Assembly: GCA_963422665.1 (NCBI GenBank)
Contig: OY730441.1
Span: forward strand, 2,466,489 to 2,530,488
Direction of reading: 5' to 3'
Length of the DNA: 64,000 bases
Source of the DNA: Alphaproteobacteria bacterium
Lineage (GTDB): Bacteria > Pseudomonadota > Alphaproteobacteria > Bin95
Shown one piece after another: positions 1 to 10,131 of the stretch. Position numbers and translations under genes: made by a program. The notes beneath the pieces were generated by a model. It was not told the DNA's origin and made no database searches. It saw only the letters and a program-made list of their open reading frames with translations. Within the stretch, counting starts at the first letter, position 1, and every line of letters starts with the position of its first letter.

Positions 1-134
1 GCAGGAAATGAACAAATCCGATCCAGGACCCCGGCGCCAGGACCACCGCGACCCACCACGGCAAATCGACCGTGGCATCCCCTCCATGTCGTCTTCTCCC
101 CGCCATGTCCAAGACCCTCCGCCCGCTCACGTCC

Positions 135-2081
135 TCAAGCAGCTTCAGCCAGCGACCTTTCCTTACGGACCACATAGGGATTCGGGTCCGCAAACTCCCT
201 CACCCCCTCGAGCTGCCAGTAGCGCGCATGCCTGAGGCGTATGACGTCACGGGGCATTTCCTTCGGCGACGCCACCACAAACTGATCGTCCGGACCCATG
301 GACAGGATTTCATCGGCAGGCACGAGCTGCTCCTTCACAAACGACAGCGATTCCTGGAGCGAACTCTGGCCGTCCGGGAGGAGGGCGCTGTCGCGCATTT
401 GCCCGGACCGGCTCTCACTGCGGTTCACGAAGGTGGCCGCGCCGATCGCTTTGGACAAAAGCTCAGCTCCCTCGACAGCAATTCGAGACCAGCCGAGGAT
501 CTGGACCACCTCGGCAAGCTCCATCAGCGTCTTGCGCGCATCCTGCCCCCAGGTATCGTCCAGCGCCGACACCGACTGCGCGAATGTCCAGAAGTGAACG
601 CCCTTGCCTGCAGCAAGGTTGTACCCGTCCATCACGGGCTGCAGGTGACCGAGCGCCGGCAGCTCGTCGATCACAACCAGCATGTCCCGCTGCATCGCGC
701 GCCGCGACGCCACCGCATAGGGAATCGAGACCCACAGGCGAAGCCAGCCCTTCACCAGGCTCGTCATCTCGTCCGGCACGACCACGAACACGTCGACGTC
801 GCCGTTCGCCAGGTCGAGCGGATCGAAACTCGACGAGCTCGTATGCGCGGCTATCTCCGGATAGTTCAGGAACGAGAGCTGGTTCGACACCGTCGTGAAG
901 TTCGAACCTCCTTCTTCCTTGCCGACCCGCCTGGACCGTTCCATCGCCATGTGCATCAGGCCCCCGCAGAAGCGGTCCGTGGCTTCGACCTCTGCGAAGA
1001 ATGCGTCACGTTCATCGTTGCCGAGCGATAGCATCTCGTAGAGCGTCTTCAGGTTTCTCCGGGCGGGCGGCATCTTGAACCTGACCCAGGCGAGATACCC
1101 GCTTATCAGCGACCGGGCGGACTCGTAGAAGTGCTTCGAGTTTCCGCCGTCGCTCTTCGGCCGCTCCATCAGCGCCTCGACCAGGACGCCGATGTCCCGC
1201 ACCGCCTCGTCCCCGTCCCGGATGAAATCCAGCGGGTTGTAGGTATCGCTCTGCGATACCGGCAGATGCAGCACCGCTCCCTCGCCGAAATCCGCCTCGC
1301 CGCCCTCCAGCTCCCTGTGCCTCGCGACCATGGCAAAGGGGTCCAGCAGGATCGGCCGGCGCCCGAGAGAACGCCGGCGCCGCGCCACGATCGGATAGAG
1401 CTCGCCCCGCGGGTCGATCACCACGGTCGAGCCCTGCCAGCCGCGCTCTTGCGGAGACAGGTAGTTCAACGCGATCGTCGCGCCCTTGCCGGTCCGGGGC
1501 GGCGCAAACGTCATCGCCGAGCCTTCCAGCGGATAGGAAATGAGCCCGTCCGGGCTCTGTCCAAGCAGCATTCCCTTTTTCCGGGCGAGCTCCCGGAGCC
1601 ACCGCCTCTCCAGGAACTTCGCCTTTCCGAAGAGTTCGGACTCCGCCTTCTTCCGTCCCCTTTCGCCGGCGACCCGCTTGGCCGTCGTCCTGGCGGTCAT
1701 GCTCAATATCATCACAGCCAAGAACACCCCCGCGGCCGGCAGCACATAGACGCAGACCGTCTCCCAGCTTTCCCCCAGCCTGTCCAAGGCCGCACCGCGA
1801 AGCCGGACGATGCCCGCCCACACCCAGGAATCGATCATCCAGGACCAAACGCCAGCCGCCGTGACGAACAGCATGCCGAGCCCCACGCCGAAGCTGCGCA
1901 CCTCACCGGCGCGCGAACTCCCGCACACACACCAGGCCGCCAGCCCGCCCAGGACCGCCGCAATCAGCAGCCGTGCGCTCGTTTCGGCATCCGGCCCGAT
2001 CGCCACCAGCCAGACAGCGGCGCCCAGACCGAGCAACGCGAATACCGCCGCCCCCCCGAAACCCTTCCATCTGTCGCCCAT
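135..2081 (-). CDS. traG: Type IV coupling protein (TraG/VirD4 family); real start at MGDRWKG, upstream part of ORF 135..3491 is GC artefact
   Basis: N-terminal TM helices; Walker A FAPPRTGKGATIALNYL; VVIDPRGELY motif; ~649 aa; last gene of the minus-strand cluster in the window. Confidence 0.85.
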   Translation of the reverse strand: MGDRWKGFGGAAVFALLGLGAAVWLVAIGPDAETSARLLIAAVLGGLAAWCVCGSSRAGEVRSFGVGLGMLFVTAAGVWSWMIDSWVWAGIVRLRGAALDRLGESWETVCVYVLPAAGVFLAVMILSMTARTTAKRVAGERGRKKAESELFGKAKFLERRWLRELARKKGMLLGQSPDGLISYPLEGSAMTFAPPRTGKGATIALNYLSPQERGWQGSTVVIDPRGELYPIVARRRRSLGRRPILLDPFAMVARHRELEGGEADFGEGAVLHLPVSQSDTYNPLDFIRDGDEAVRDIGVLVEALMERPKSDGGNSKHFYESARSLISGYLAWVRFKMPPARRNLKTLYEMLSLGNDERDAFFAEVEATDRFCGGLMHMAMERSRRVGKEEGGSNFTTVSNQLSFLNYPEIAAHTSSSSFDPLDLANGDVDVFVVVPDEMTSLVKGWLRLWVSIPYAVASRRAMQRDMLVVIDELPALGHLQPVMDGYNLAAGKGVHFWTFAQSVSALDDTWGQDARKTLMELAEVVQILGWSRIAVEGAELLSKAIGAATFVNRSESRSGQMRDSALLPDGQSSLQESLSFVKEQLVPADEILSMGPDDQFVVASPKEMPRDVIRLRHARYWQLEGVREFADPNPYVVRKERSLAEAA

Positions 2082-2098
2082 CGCACGCCTCCTTGCGT

Positions 2099-4288
2099 TC
2101 AATCCCCGCCGGCCCCGGCCCTGTTGCGCACCCCGGCGCCGAAGCGGCTCGGCGTGACTCCGCCGAGCCGTCCGGTGCTGCCCGTCGCCACCCCGATCAT
2201 CCGGTCCGCCTCGCTCATGCCGGAGGCGCGCCCGCCTATCCAGTTCATGACCGCATCGGGCAACATCTCGATCAGCTTCAGCGATGCATTCAGCAGCCCG
2301 TAGGCGATCATCACGTAGAGCGCCACGAACACCGCATACTGGATAATTCCAGGCCCGATCTCTCCTGCGCTCCCCTGCATCTGCGTGAGCCAGATCGCGT
2401 TGAAGAGCTCGATCGCGACGGTAAAGACCAGGTAGCCGACGATCAGCCCGAGGATCATCAGCGGCGGCCTCAAAACCACGCCCGCGAGGGTCACCAACCC
2501 GCCCGCCGTCGAGTTCGTGGTGAGCCCGTCGCCCTGGCCGCGCGCCGTCTGCGCCGCGAGCCACACGGTCATCGCAATGAACGCCTCCACCACCGCCAGG
2601 ATCCAGACCAGCAGCCCGAACAGGAACCGGATGAACGGCAGCGCCGGCGCCAGATAGGCGAGAACCGCACCGCCGATCAGCAGCGCCATCAGCAGCATCG
2701 TCACGATGCCGTCGATCACCGGCCAGGTCGCCTCGAAAAGGTCGGCCTTGAGCGAAAATCCCAAAGCCTGGGCATCGCCCAGATTGGACACCGCCGCAAC
2801 GCTCATCAGCGTGCCCGACGTCACCAGAACCGCCGTTATCAGGTTGTGCCCGATCGCCGCCAGCTCCGAGATCGGATTGTCCCCCTCCACATCGAGCACG
2901 TCCTCGAACGAGAACAGGACCGTATAGAAGACCTGGTTCAACAAGCTCCCCGCGCCCCCGCCAGCCGACCCCGTCTGCGGCGCCCGGCTGCCCAGCGGAC
3001 TTACCGGCGATCCCGCCGCCGTCGCTATGTCGTCCGCGATCTGGAGCAGCGCCTTGAAGGTCTTCCTGTCCCGGTCCTTCAGGGCGAGCATGGGCGGCGT
3101 TACCTCGGGCGCGCTCACCACCGCCCAATTGAACTCTCCGATCCGCGCCGCCACCCGGAAGAACAGGCTGCCCGCCGTCGTCCAGCTGCCGTTCGCCGCC
3201 TGCTCCGCAGTCAGCCGCTCCTGCGTCTCGATATTCTGCCGCTCTCCGGCCGCCGCCACGGCCGCATCCACCACCTGCGAATAGGCCGCCACCGCGCCTG
3301 CGATCGCACCGCTCACCGCCGACCAGTCCATCGGCTCGCCGAACCGCTGGCCGTCCTCGTAAGGCTCTGCAATCCGCTTCGCGACCGGGACCAGCACCTT
3401 GCGGGCCTCGTTCATGCCCTCGAGATGCGCCCTCGCCACCTCGCCCCGCGGCCCCTCCCGGTCCAGCCCCGCGAACCTCACCTCGCCGCAATGGCTCCTT
3501 ATGTCATAGCCGCTCGATCCCTGGGCCACGTCATAACGCCAGACCTGCCCGCCCCTTGCCGTCGTCCTCAACGGCCCCGCCGCCGCCCTCTTGCCCGCCA
3601 GCTCCCGGCAAACCTCCACGACCAGGAAGTCGACCATCATGACCTCCCGCCCCTCGGTCGACGGCTTCGGAACCGATACCCGCGAGCTTCCCAGCAGGGA
3701 GCCCGCAAAGGGCTTCCACACGGACTGCGCGAAATCCCCGCCGATCCCCGCCAGATCGAGCACGATGTGCTGCCCGCCCGAGGGACCGCCCGGAAGGGGA
3801 ACGAGCAGGGCCACGGACGTCACGATGCGCACGATTTCCCAGCCGCCGAAGCCGAGGCGGCCGGTCCGGCCGGTATCCATGACGCCGGCGGCCGTGTGGT
3901 AGATCAGCAGCGCGCCGGCGAGGACAAGCACGCCCGCGTTGAAATAGCCGACCATCTCGCCGAGCGCCGCATAGGCCGCGTTTCCGCCGCCGCGCAGCAG
4001 GTCGAACAGGTCCCGGCTCGCCTCGTCGACGATATCGAACAGGTCGGACTGGAACCCCTGGCCCCACGCAACCCCTGTGCCCAGCGCAATCCCCAGACCG
4101 ACGAGCGCCAGCCCCAGCGCGAGGCGCGCCGCCCCGATCCGCGAGCGGAACCGCCGCGCATCCGGCCGGCTCCCTTCCGGCAAATGCCACAACCCGGCAA
4201 CCGACCGGCCGATCCGGCCCGCCGAGGCTCTCGTCTCCCCGAGCGGCCGCCCGAACTCCGGATGGAAGAGCAGGCGCAAGACGCCCAT
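2099..4288 (-). CDS. Large polytopic inner-membrane protein, DotA/TraY-like (alternatively an extended VirB6/TrbL-like)
   Basis: 729 aa; one N-terminal TM, ~400 aa hydrophilic domain, then a cluster of 5-6 TM helices; start overlaps upstream stop (TGATG); sits immediately before the T4CP as traY does in R64. Confidence 0.5.
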   Translation of the reverse strand: MGVLRLLFHPEFGRPLGETRASAGRIGRSVAGLWHLPEGSRPDARRFRSRIGAARLALGLALVGLGIALGTGVAWGQGFQSDLFDIVDEASRDLFDLLRGGGNAAYAALGEMVGYFNAGVLVLAGALLIYHTAAGVMDTGRTGRLGFGGWEIVRIVTSVALLVPLPGGPSGGQHIVLDLAGIGGDFAQSVWKPFAGSLLGSSRVSVPKPSTEGREVMMVDFLVVEVCRELAGKRAAAGPLRTTARGGQVWRYDVAQGSSGYDIRSHCGEVRFAGLDREGPRGEVARAHLEGMNEARKVLVPVAKRIAEPYEDGQRFGEPMDWSAVSGAIAGAVAAYSQVVDAAVAAAGERQNIETQERLTAEQAANGSWTTAGSLFFRVAARIGEFNWAVVSAPEVTPPMLALKDRDRKTFKALLQIADDIATAAGSPVSPLGSRAPQTGSAGGGAGSLLNQVFYTVLFSFEDVLDVEGDNPISELAAIGHNLITAVLVTSGTLMSVAAVSNLGDAQALGFSLKADLFEATWPVIDGIVTMLLMALLIGGAVLAYLAPALPFIRFLFGLLVWILAVVEAFIAMTVWLAAQTARGQGDGLTTNSTAGGLVTLAGVVLRPPLMILGLIVGYLVFTVAIELFNAIWLTQMQGSAGEIGPGIIQYAVFVALYVMIAYGLLNASLKLIEMLPDAVMNWIGGRASGMSEADRMIGVATGSTGRLGGVTPSRFGAGVRNRAGAGGD

Positions 4289-5421
4289 CAGCGCTGGACC
4301 TCCAGCCAGTCCGCAAGACCGGGCAGCCGGCGCATCTCTTCCGCCGCCGCCCCAAGCCGCGCCGCCTCCATCGCGCCGCGCCTTTCGTCCATCCGGTAAC
4401 GCTCCCAGTCCAGCATCAGCGACGCGGCCTGGAGGAGCGCGAGCTCGCGCAGCAGGTTGTCCCGGTTCATCGACTGCAGGCCGACCGCCCAGGCCGGGTT
4501 CTCGAACCGCCGCGAGGTAAGGACCTCGAGCAGCTCGCGCCGGCTGAGCAAGCTCCCGTCGCCGGAAAGACCGGGCGCCAGTGTCGAGGCCCAGCCGGCC
4601 AGGTCCACCGCCGGCTCCCGCGCGCCGCGCGAGCGCGCAAACCAGTCCGAAGCGAGCGCCGCGCGCGCATCGGCTGCGCGCGCCAGCATGGCGAGCTCGC
4701 GGTCCTGGTCCGTGTCCACCGCCCGCAGCGGATACCGGTCCCAGACCAGCGGCGCCGCCAGGTTCCGCCCGAGCTCCTCGGCAGCAAGGCGTTCGTCGTC
4801 ATCCCCGAAGGTGTCCACGTCGAACAGGGACCCCGCCCTGATGTCGGCGTCGTGCCTGGACGGGTCTCCGCGACAGACATCCGCGCCGGCCTCGAGACGG
4901 TTCTCGCTGCAATGAGCTCCTGTCCAGACACCGAAACGCCGCCTGGTGTCCGCCGCCATGCCGGCCTCACCGCCGACCACGGCGCTGTCGCCGCCGATCC
5001 GCCCGGTCTCCCGGGTCCCGGCGCGCTTGCCGGTCTCCGCCGCCGCCGCGCGGCCTTCGGCAAGACCCGCCATGCCCGTGACCGTCCGGCAGCCCGAAGA
5101 GGTCGGCCGGTGCTGGAGCTTCGACTGTGTCTCGGCCTCGTCGCGCGCGATCTCCGCCTGCAACTTCATCTGCGCATCGAGCGCATCGGTCACCGACTTC
5201 GCGCCCTCGGCGATATATCCGGACAGCTGCGCCGTCTGGAGTTCCAGCGTCTCGACGATGCTGCTCTCCATCCGGTCGATCCGGGCATTGACCTTGGTAA
5301 TCACCGTTCGCGCCGCCGACCGCGACGCGCTCCAGGCGCAGCCGCAACAGTCCGCATGCGCTTCCGGCGCCGCCAGAGCCAGCAACGACACCGCAATCGC
5401 GCCCGCGGCGGTTCTCAACAT
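4288..5421 (-). CDS. Secreted coiled-coil T4SS protein (TraW/VirB5-position), signal peptide MLRTAAGAIAVSLLALAAPEAHA
   Basis: 378 aa from internal Met at 5421 that overlaps the upstream stop by 1 nt; cleavable signal peptide; heptad-like segment SIVETLELQTAQLSGYIAEG... Confidence 0.4.
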   Translation of the reverse strand: MLRTAAGAIAVSLLALAAPEAHADCCGCAWSASRSAARTVITKVNARIDRMESSIVETLELQTAQLSGYIAEGAKSVTDALDAQMKLQAEIARDEAETQSKLQHRPTSSGCRTVTGMAGLAEGRAAAAETGKRAGTRETGRIGGDSAVVGGEAGMAADTRRRFGVWTGAHCSENRLEAGADVCRGDPSRHDADIRAGSLFDVDTFGDDDERLAAEELGRNLAAPLVWDRYPLRAVDTDQDRELAMLARAADARAALASDWFARSRGAREPAVDLAGWASTLAPGLSGDGSLLSRRELLEVLTSRRFENPAWAVGLQSMNRDNLLRELALLQAASLMLDWERYRMDERRGAMEAARLGAAAEEMRRLPGLADWLEVQR

Positions 5422-6041
5422 CACGATTCTTCCTCCCCCACAATGCCGCGAAACACCCGGCCGGCATCCGGGTCCACTCCCGGAAGGCGCCGCGTCCTCG
5501 GTCGCACATCCAGCCCTGGCAGAACGTCCAGTTCGCGGTCCAGTCCATAGACCGCCCGGTCGAACGGGCGCGTCACCTTCTCGCGCCAGACCGCCTTTGC
5601 CCGGTCGCAAAGCTCCTGAAACAGGTCGGGCAGGCTCGGCAGCCGCACCAGCGCGTCCCAGCTCGGAAAGTTCAGCAGGTCGCAGGAGAGGTCGTAGATC
5701 GAGTCCGGGTCGCCGATCCCCTCGTCCGGGTGGCGGATGAAGACCTGGTCACGCTCCACACCCCGGACAGCCGAATCCTCAAGCGCCTTCGCGATCGCCG
5801 GATCGCAGTCGGCCTGACCGTCCGACTGACCGGCCGCCGGCGACGCCGCCAGCAGCAAAGCAAGTGCGCCCGCCGACGCCGTCAGCCTCCTCACGGTCCG
5901 TCCCCCGTGTAGAGGCGCGAATATGCGGGGTCCGCCTTCGCCTGCATCCGCGCCGCGCAGACCGAGCCCAGGTCTTCCTCGACCCACCGGCACGGCCCGT
6001 CGCGGATATCCACGCAGGCGTTCCGGTCCCGGCGCCCGCAT
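5421..6041 (-). CDS. Small secreted T4SS-associated protein (start uncertain: M at 6041 or GTG ~5894)
   Basis: hydrophobic signal-like segment LTASAGALALLLAASPAAGQ; stop overlaps next start; normal amino-acid composition after the signal. Confidence 0.35.
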   Translation of the reverse strand: MRAPGPERLRGYPRRAVPVGRGRPGLGLRGADAGEGGPRIFAPLHGGRTVRRLTASAGALALLLAASPAAGQSDGQADCDPAIAKALEDSAVRGVERDQVFIRHPDEGIGDPDSIYDLSCDLLNFPSWDALVRLPSLPDLFQELCDRAKAVWREKVTRPFDRAVYGLDRELDVLPGLDVRPRTRRLPGVDPDAGRVFRGIVGEEES

Positions 6042-6187
6042 TCACGGCAAATTGCATCGCCCGGCTCCGGCGGAGGAACCGGCGCCTGAAAGATCGTCTC
6101 CGCCAACGCCCTGCGCAGTTCGTGCTTTTCAGTCGGTCCCATGGCCTCTGCCCCTCGCTGCTCTCGCATCCGCACCGTTCGTCCCCC

Positions 6188-9175
6188 CTACGCCGCCGCC
6201 TGCGCGGTCGCCCGCACGGTTTCGTCGGCGAGCGCATCCAGTATCTCCGCCTCCTCGACCGAGGCCTCCATGCCCCGGCTTTCCAGCGCCCGGATCTCCG
6301 CCTCGACACGGTCCCTGGCGGAGCCCGACGGAAACATCCCCGCGAGCGCTGCCCGTCCCGCAGCCGCGCCGATCCGCGCCTGCACGCGGTTCCGCAACGC
6401 GACATCGCGCGGCGCCGTGTTGAGCGCCCAGAGCTCGACCGGTCCCACCGAGTTCACCAGGATCTGCTCGAACTGCCCGCCGGCGTCCCTGGCGACATGC
6501 AGCGCCGGCGCGCCCGTCCGCGATGGTCCCGTGAGACGGAACCGGATGGCTTCCACCGCCGCGTCCCCGAGCCCGAACATCTCGGCCAGGTGGCGCGCCT
6601 CATCTTCGGTCGTCCCGCCCGACCCCAGGATCCAGAAACCGGTCGCGAGTTCCGCCAGGTCGCCGAAATCCCCCTCGCGCTGGGACGCCAGCATCAGCCG
6701 CACGCGCTGCTTGCGCGCCTCGCGCACGTCGCGGTCGACCTGCGAGCGGACCCCGGGCGCCGCGGCCGTGCGGTGATACTCGTCGAACACGAGCCGCTTC
6801 GGCGTCTCCCTCACCTCGCGAATGCGCCGCTCATGCCAGGCCCGGTATTTCTCCGGGACCTCGCCCAGCACCTCCTCGCCGACCCACCAGTGCCGCGTCA
6901 GCACGTGACGGGCGAGCATGTACATCGCCGCCGTCTGGCGATCCGCCTCGGGACTGCCCTGTGGCGCCACCGCCGCCAGGTCGATCGCCGCCACCCGGAC
7001 ATGCCCGATATCGAAGGCGGTCGGCTCGAACATGAGCGGCCACTGGCCCGAAAGCGCGGTCATGATGCGCACCACCGCCGCCGTCACCGGCTCGCCGCCC
7101 GACCCGTAGGTCGCCTTGCCCACCAGGTCCTGGACCTCGGGCTCCCGCACCGCCGTCAGGCAATCGAGCAGCGTCGGCGCCGCATAACGCTGCGCGCGCC
7201 CGGCCGCATCCACCTCGCCGGCGTCGAACAGCAGGTCCACCGCCTCCCACCACAGGGGCGAACCCGGAAGGTGAATGGCCTGGCGCTCAAGCGCGGCATC
7301 CACTTCTACGTCGCGGCCCTTCGTGTAGGGATGCGGCTCCGCACCCGGGCGGCCGTCCTCGCGCATCCGGTAGATTTTCTCGATCATCGGCGAGATCGTC
7401 TCGGCTACCCCGTCCGGGACGCCCGCGGCGCCGGCCGGGGTCAGGATCAGCGCCAGCAGATTGGTCAGGAACGCCCGCTCCGGAGGCAGCGGAAAGCGGC
7501 AGCCGAGCTGCGTGTCGCAGGGATTGATCGCATGCGCGCGCGTCATCTGCGGCGCGAACCAGCCGACCTCGTAGCGCCGGTCCTCCGGCAGCGCCTCGCG
7601 GATCATCGAGATCATGCCCGAGGACGAAGGCCCGATATCCACCACGGCCAGCAGGGGCAAGCGCCGGCGCCCGCCCTGGAGACAGAACGCCAGCGACAGC
7701 GAGCCCAGCAGCACGCTCTTGCCCCGGCCCGGAATGCCGTAAACCAGGTCGAACCCGAAATCCCCGCTCTCCTCCAGGCTGTAGCCGAGCGGCTTGCCGT
7801 CCTCGCTCCGGAAGAGGTAGTCGGCCCGGTCCGGCCTCACTGCGGACGCCGGACGGAACAGCGGCAGCATGCCGAGCACCTTCGAAAGCGGCGCCAGCGC
7901 CGGCTCCGGCGTCCCGCCAAGCGCAAAGCCCGGCACCGTTCCCGCAAACGCCTCCAGGATGTCCCCCACGAGAGGCGAGAACTCGCACTCGCCCCAGCCC
8001 TCGCAGATCTGCTGCATTCGACCGAGACGCCGTGCCAGAGCCGGCTCGTCCTCCTCTTCCTCCACCCAGGTCAGCAACCCGATGCGCACCCGCACCACCG
8101 CCTGCTCGTCGCTGCGCACCGCCCGCAGGCCGATGAGCGCGTCCCTTACATGACGACTGTCCTCGGAGGTCACGGCCAGCACCGAGGCCGCCGCGAGAGC
8201 GACCGACGGCCCCGAACCCGCCATCCCGCCGCCTTCGATTACCATCGAGAACCGGAACGGGATATCCGCCTCCGCAAGCCTGGTCACGAGCTCCGAGAAC
8301 GGCCGTTCCAGGCGGGGCCCGAGCACCATGTCCACCGCCCCGTACAGTCTGCCCCCGATCCGGAGACCTCCCGCTTCGACCTGCGGCTCCCGAACCAGAA
8401 GCTGCGGCGCGAGCGGGGGCGGGAACGAGCCCAGCTCCGGCGGCTCCGTGAACCGGGGCCAGGCCTCGTCCCCGGGCCCGACCGGCCGCCAGTCCGGACC
8501 CGCCGCGTCCGGCCCGTTCAACAGCGCCCGCATCGACCGCACCGCCTCGTGCGCCCCCAGCTGCTCCGCCATCAGCTCCGCCTCACCGAGAAGCGACGTT
8601 ACCGTCGCCACGAACGCCTCATGGCGCGGCGGCAGGCTGTCGACGACCTGAAGGGGGCACTGCGACTCCCTCACGCCCGGACGCCACTCCTCGAGACGTT
8701 TCCTCAATTCCTTCTTCTCGCGAGCGAGCTGCGGACCGGGCACTGTTTGCGGCCGGGTCCAGCAGGCCAAAGCCCCCGTCTCGCCCGTCAACAGCTCCGC
8801 CAGCCGCCCGGACCGCTCCGCGATCACATCGTCCAGCGCCAGGCCGAGACGCTCCGACCGCCGCCGCTGGCGCGCGGCCGCGGCATCGATCGCGGCCCGC
8901 GCCGCATCCGGCGCGCGCTCCAGCATGACATGCAGCGCATGTCCCCGGTCGAGAAAGCCGCCGTTCAGGCGCCGCTGCGCCAGCGCCACGAACCGCGCGA
9001 GCTCCCGGGAACCCGTGATCGAACGCGAGCCCTCGATGCGCAGCAGCGTCACAAGCGAGCCGTCCTGGCAGAGCAGCGCGTCGCCGGCCAGCGCCACCGG
9101 CTCCATGAACGCCTCCAGCGGCTTGCGCCGCAAGGTCCACCAGTAGCGGACCGCCTCGTTCAGCTGGCGGAACAC
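6188..9175 (-). CDS. T4SS ATPase of the VirB4/TraC/DotO(IcmB) family, 995 aa (size fits DotO/TraU)
   Basis: Walker A GIPGRGKSVLLGSL; Walker B-like VFDEYH; downstream R-K-x7-A-S-Q motif typical of VirB4-family; no TM segments. Confidence 0.8.
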   Translation of the reverse strand: MFRQLNEAVRYWWTLRRKPLEAFMEPVALAGDALLCQDGSLVTLLRIEGSRSITGSRELARFVALAQRRLNGGFLDRGHALHVMLERAPDAARAAIDAAAARQRRRSERLGLALDDVIAERSGRLAELLTGETGALACWTRPQTVPGPQLAREKKELRKRLEEWRPGVRESQCPLQVVDSLPPRHEAFVATVTSLLGEAELMAEQLGAHEAVRSMRALLNGPDAAGPDWRPVGPGDEAWPRFTEPPELGSFPPPLAPQLLVREPQVEAGGLRIGGRLYGAVDMVLGPRLERPFSELVTRLAEADIPFRFSMVIEGGGMAGSGPSVALAAASVLAVTSEDSRHVRDALIGLRAVRSDEQAVVRVRIGLLTWVEEEEDEPALARRLGRMQQICEGWGECEFSPLVGDILEAFAGTVPGFALGGTPEPALAPLSKVLGMLPLFRPASAVRPDRADYLFRSEDGKPLGYSLEESGDFGFDLVYGIPGRGKSVLLGSLSLAFCLQGGRRRLPLLAVVDIGPSSSGMISMIREALPEDRRYEVGWFAPQMTRAHAINPCDTQLGCRFPLPPERAFLTNLLALILTPAGAAGVPDGVAETISPMIEKIYRMREDGRPGAEPHPYTKGRDVEVDAALERQAIHLPGSPLWWEAVDLLFDAGEVDAAGRAQRYAAPTLLDCLTAVREPEVQDLVGKATYGSGGEPVTAAVVRIMTALSGQWPLMFEPTAFDIGHVRVAAIDLAAVAPQGSPEADRQTAAMYMLARHVLTRHWWVGEEVLGEVPEKYRAWHERRIREVRETPKRLVFDEYHRTAAAPGVRSQVDRDVREARKQRVRLMLASQREGDFGDLAELATGFWILGSGGTTEDEARHLAEMFGLGDAAVEAIRFRLTGPSRTGAPALHVARDAGGQFEQILVNSVGPVELWALNTAPRDVALRNRVQARIGAAAGRAALAGMFPSGSARDRVEAEIRALESRGMEASVEEAEILDALADETVRATAQAAA

Positions 9176-9188
9176 CGGACCCGTCCGC

Positions 9189-9554
9189 CTATTGCATCCT
9201 CGGCCGGGTCAACGTGCCGCCGACCCCCAGATCGAGCGTTCCGCCCAGCATCTCGACCGCCGACGGGAAGAAGATCATCGCAACGCCGACCATCGCGGTC
9301 ACCACCGCGCCCATGAAGCTCTGCTGCTGCGGATTGTCCTGCATGCGCTTGAACTTGTACAAGCCCATCAACACCAGGAACCCGCCCACCACGTAGAACA
9401 GGATCTGCACCACCAGCGGGAACTTCTCGAGCGCACCCGCGCTCTTCTTCGCCATGTCGCCCAGGTCCTTCGCCAGCACCGGCTCCGCCGCAACCGCAAG
9501 CAGCACCAGCAAGGCAAGCAGGCCCAGGCGATCCGTCACCGTCCTCGAAGCCAT
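9189..9554 (-). CDS. Small two-TM membrane protein, conjugative-pilin-like (VirB2/TrbC-like) or IcmD/DotP-like
   Basis: 121 aa; signal-like N-terminus LGLLALLVLLAVAAEPVLA then two hydrophobic helices separated by a KFKRMQDNP loop; directly upstream of the VirB4-family ATPase. Confidence 0.45.
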   Translation of the reverse strand: MASRTVTDRLGLLALLVLLAVAAEPVLAKDLGDMAKKSAGALEKFPLVVQILFYVVGGFLVLMGLYKFKRMQDNPQQQSFMGAVVTAMVGVAMIFFPSAVEMLGGTLDLGVGGTLTRPRMQ

Positions 9555-9582
9555 CTTCCGTCTCCTTTCGGGTTCGACATCT

Positions 9583-10131
9583 TCAACCTTCCGTAATGCT
9601 GAGCGGCGCGATCCCGAGCGTGTTCTGGACCCGGTCGATCACCCACACGATGTGCCAGGCGCACACGCCGCCCACGATGTGCGCAAAGGCCCGGCCGGCC
9701 GTCGCGCCGTTGCGCCCGTCCGCCGAATCGCGCAGCACGAACACGCCCCTCAGGAACGCGAACAGGCCAACGAACTGGACGATCTTGAACACCGCCCGGA
9801 GCAACAGCCGGTAGCGCTCGCCGCGCTCGCCCTGCGCATAGGCCAGCGTCGCCGCCGTCCCCCGTTCCGCGCCGCCGAACAGCGTCTCGCCCCACACGCC
9901 CAGCCATTGCGGAAAGGTGAGGAACACGATCGCGACCAGGAAGGTGAGCGCCGTGCCCATGCCCGAAGGGCCGCGCAGCCCTTCCTCGCCCGAGCGCATG
10001 AGCCGCAGGAGCGCCTGCAGGAACACGACCCCGCCGATGACGTAGCAGGCGATCTCGACCAGCCCGATTCCGGGAACCAGCAAGGTCGCCACGAACGAAA
10101 TCAGCGAATCGCCGAGGCCCTGCCCGTTCAC
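9583..10131 (-). CDS. Polytopic membrane protein (IcmC/DotE- or TraP-position), GTG start overlapping upstream stop (GTGA)
   Basis: 182 aa, 4 predicted TM helices; Gly/Arg-rich N-terminal extension of ORF 9583..10542 rejected. Confidence 0.4.
   Translation of the reverse strand: MNGQGLGDSLISFVATLLVPGIGLVEIACYVIGGVVFLQALLRLMRSGEEGLRGPSGMGTALTFLVAIVFLTFPQWLGVWGETLFGGAERGTAATLAYAQGERGERYRLLLRAVFKIVQFVGLFAFLRGVFVLRDSADGRNGATAGRAFAHIVGGVCAWHIVWVIDRVQNTLGIAPLSITEG

Noticed and set aside
1-134. Possible start of a further minus-strand gene at the left edge (Met at ~106 reading MAGRRRHGGDATVDLPWWVAVVLAPGSWIGF)
   Set aside because: Too short and truncated by the window edge to support.
2082-3491. 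N-terminal 470 aa of six-frame ORF 135..3491 (Gly/Arg/Asp-rich)
   Set aside because: Low-complexity GC artefact overlapping the real 2099..4288 gene in another frame. TraG starts at the Met preceding its TM helices (~2081).
5864-9316. 1150-aa plus-strand ORF and other long plus-strand ORFs across 1..39,900 (e.g. 1973..4399, 16190..17695, 27288..28997, 34706..37225, 35827..38496)
   Set aside because: Arg/Pro/His-rich antisense translations of the minus-strand genes. They have no motifs and implausible composition.
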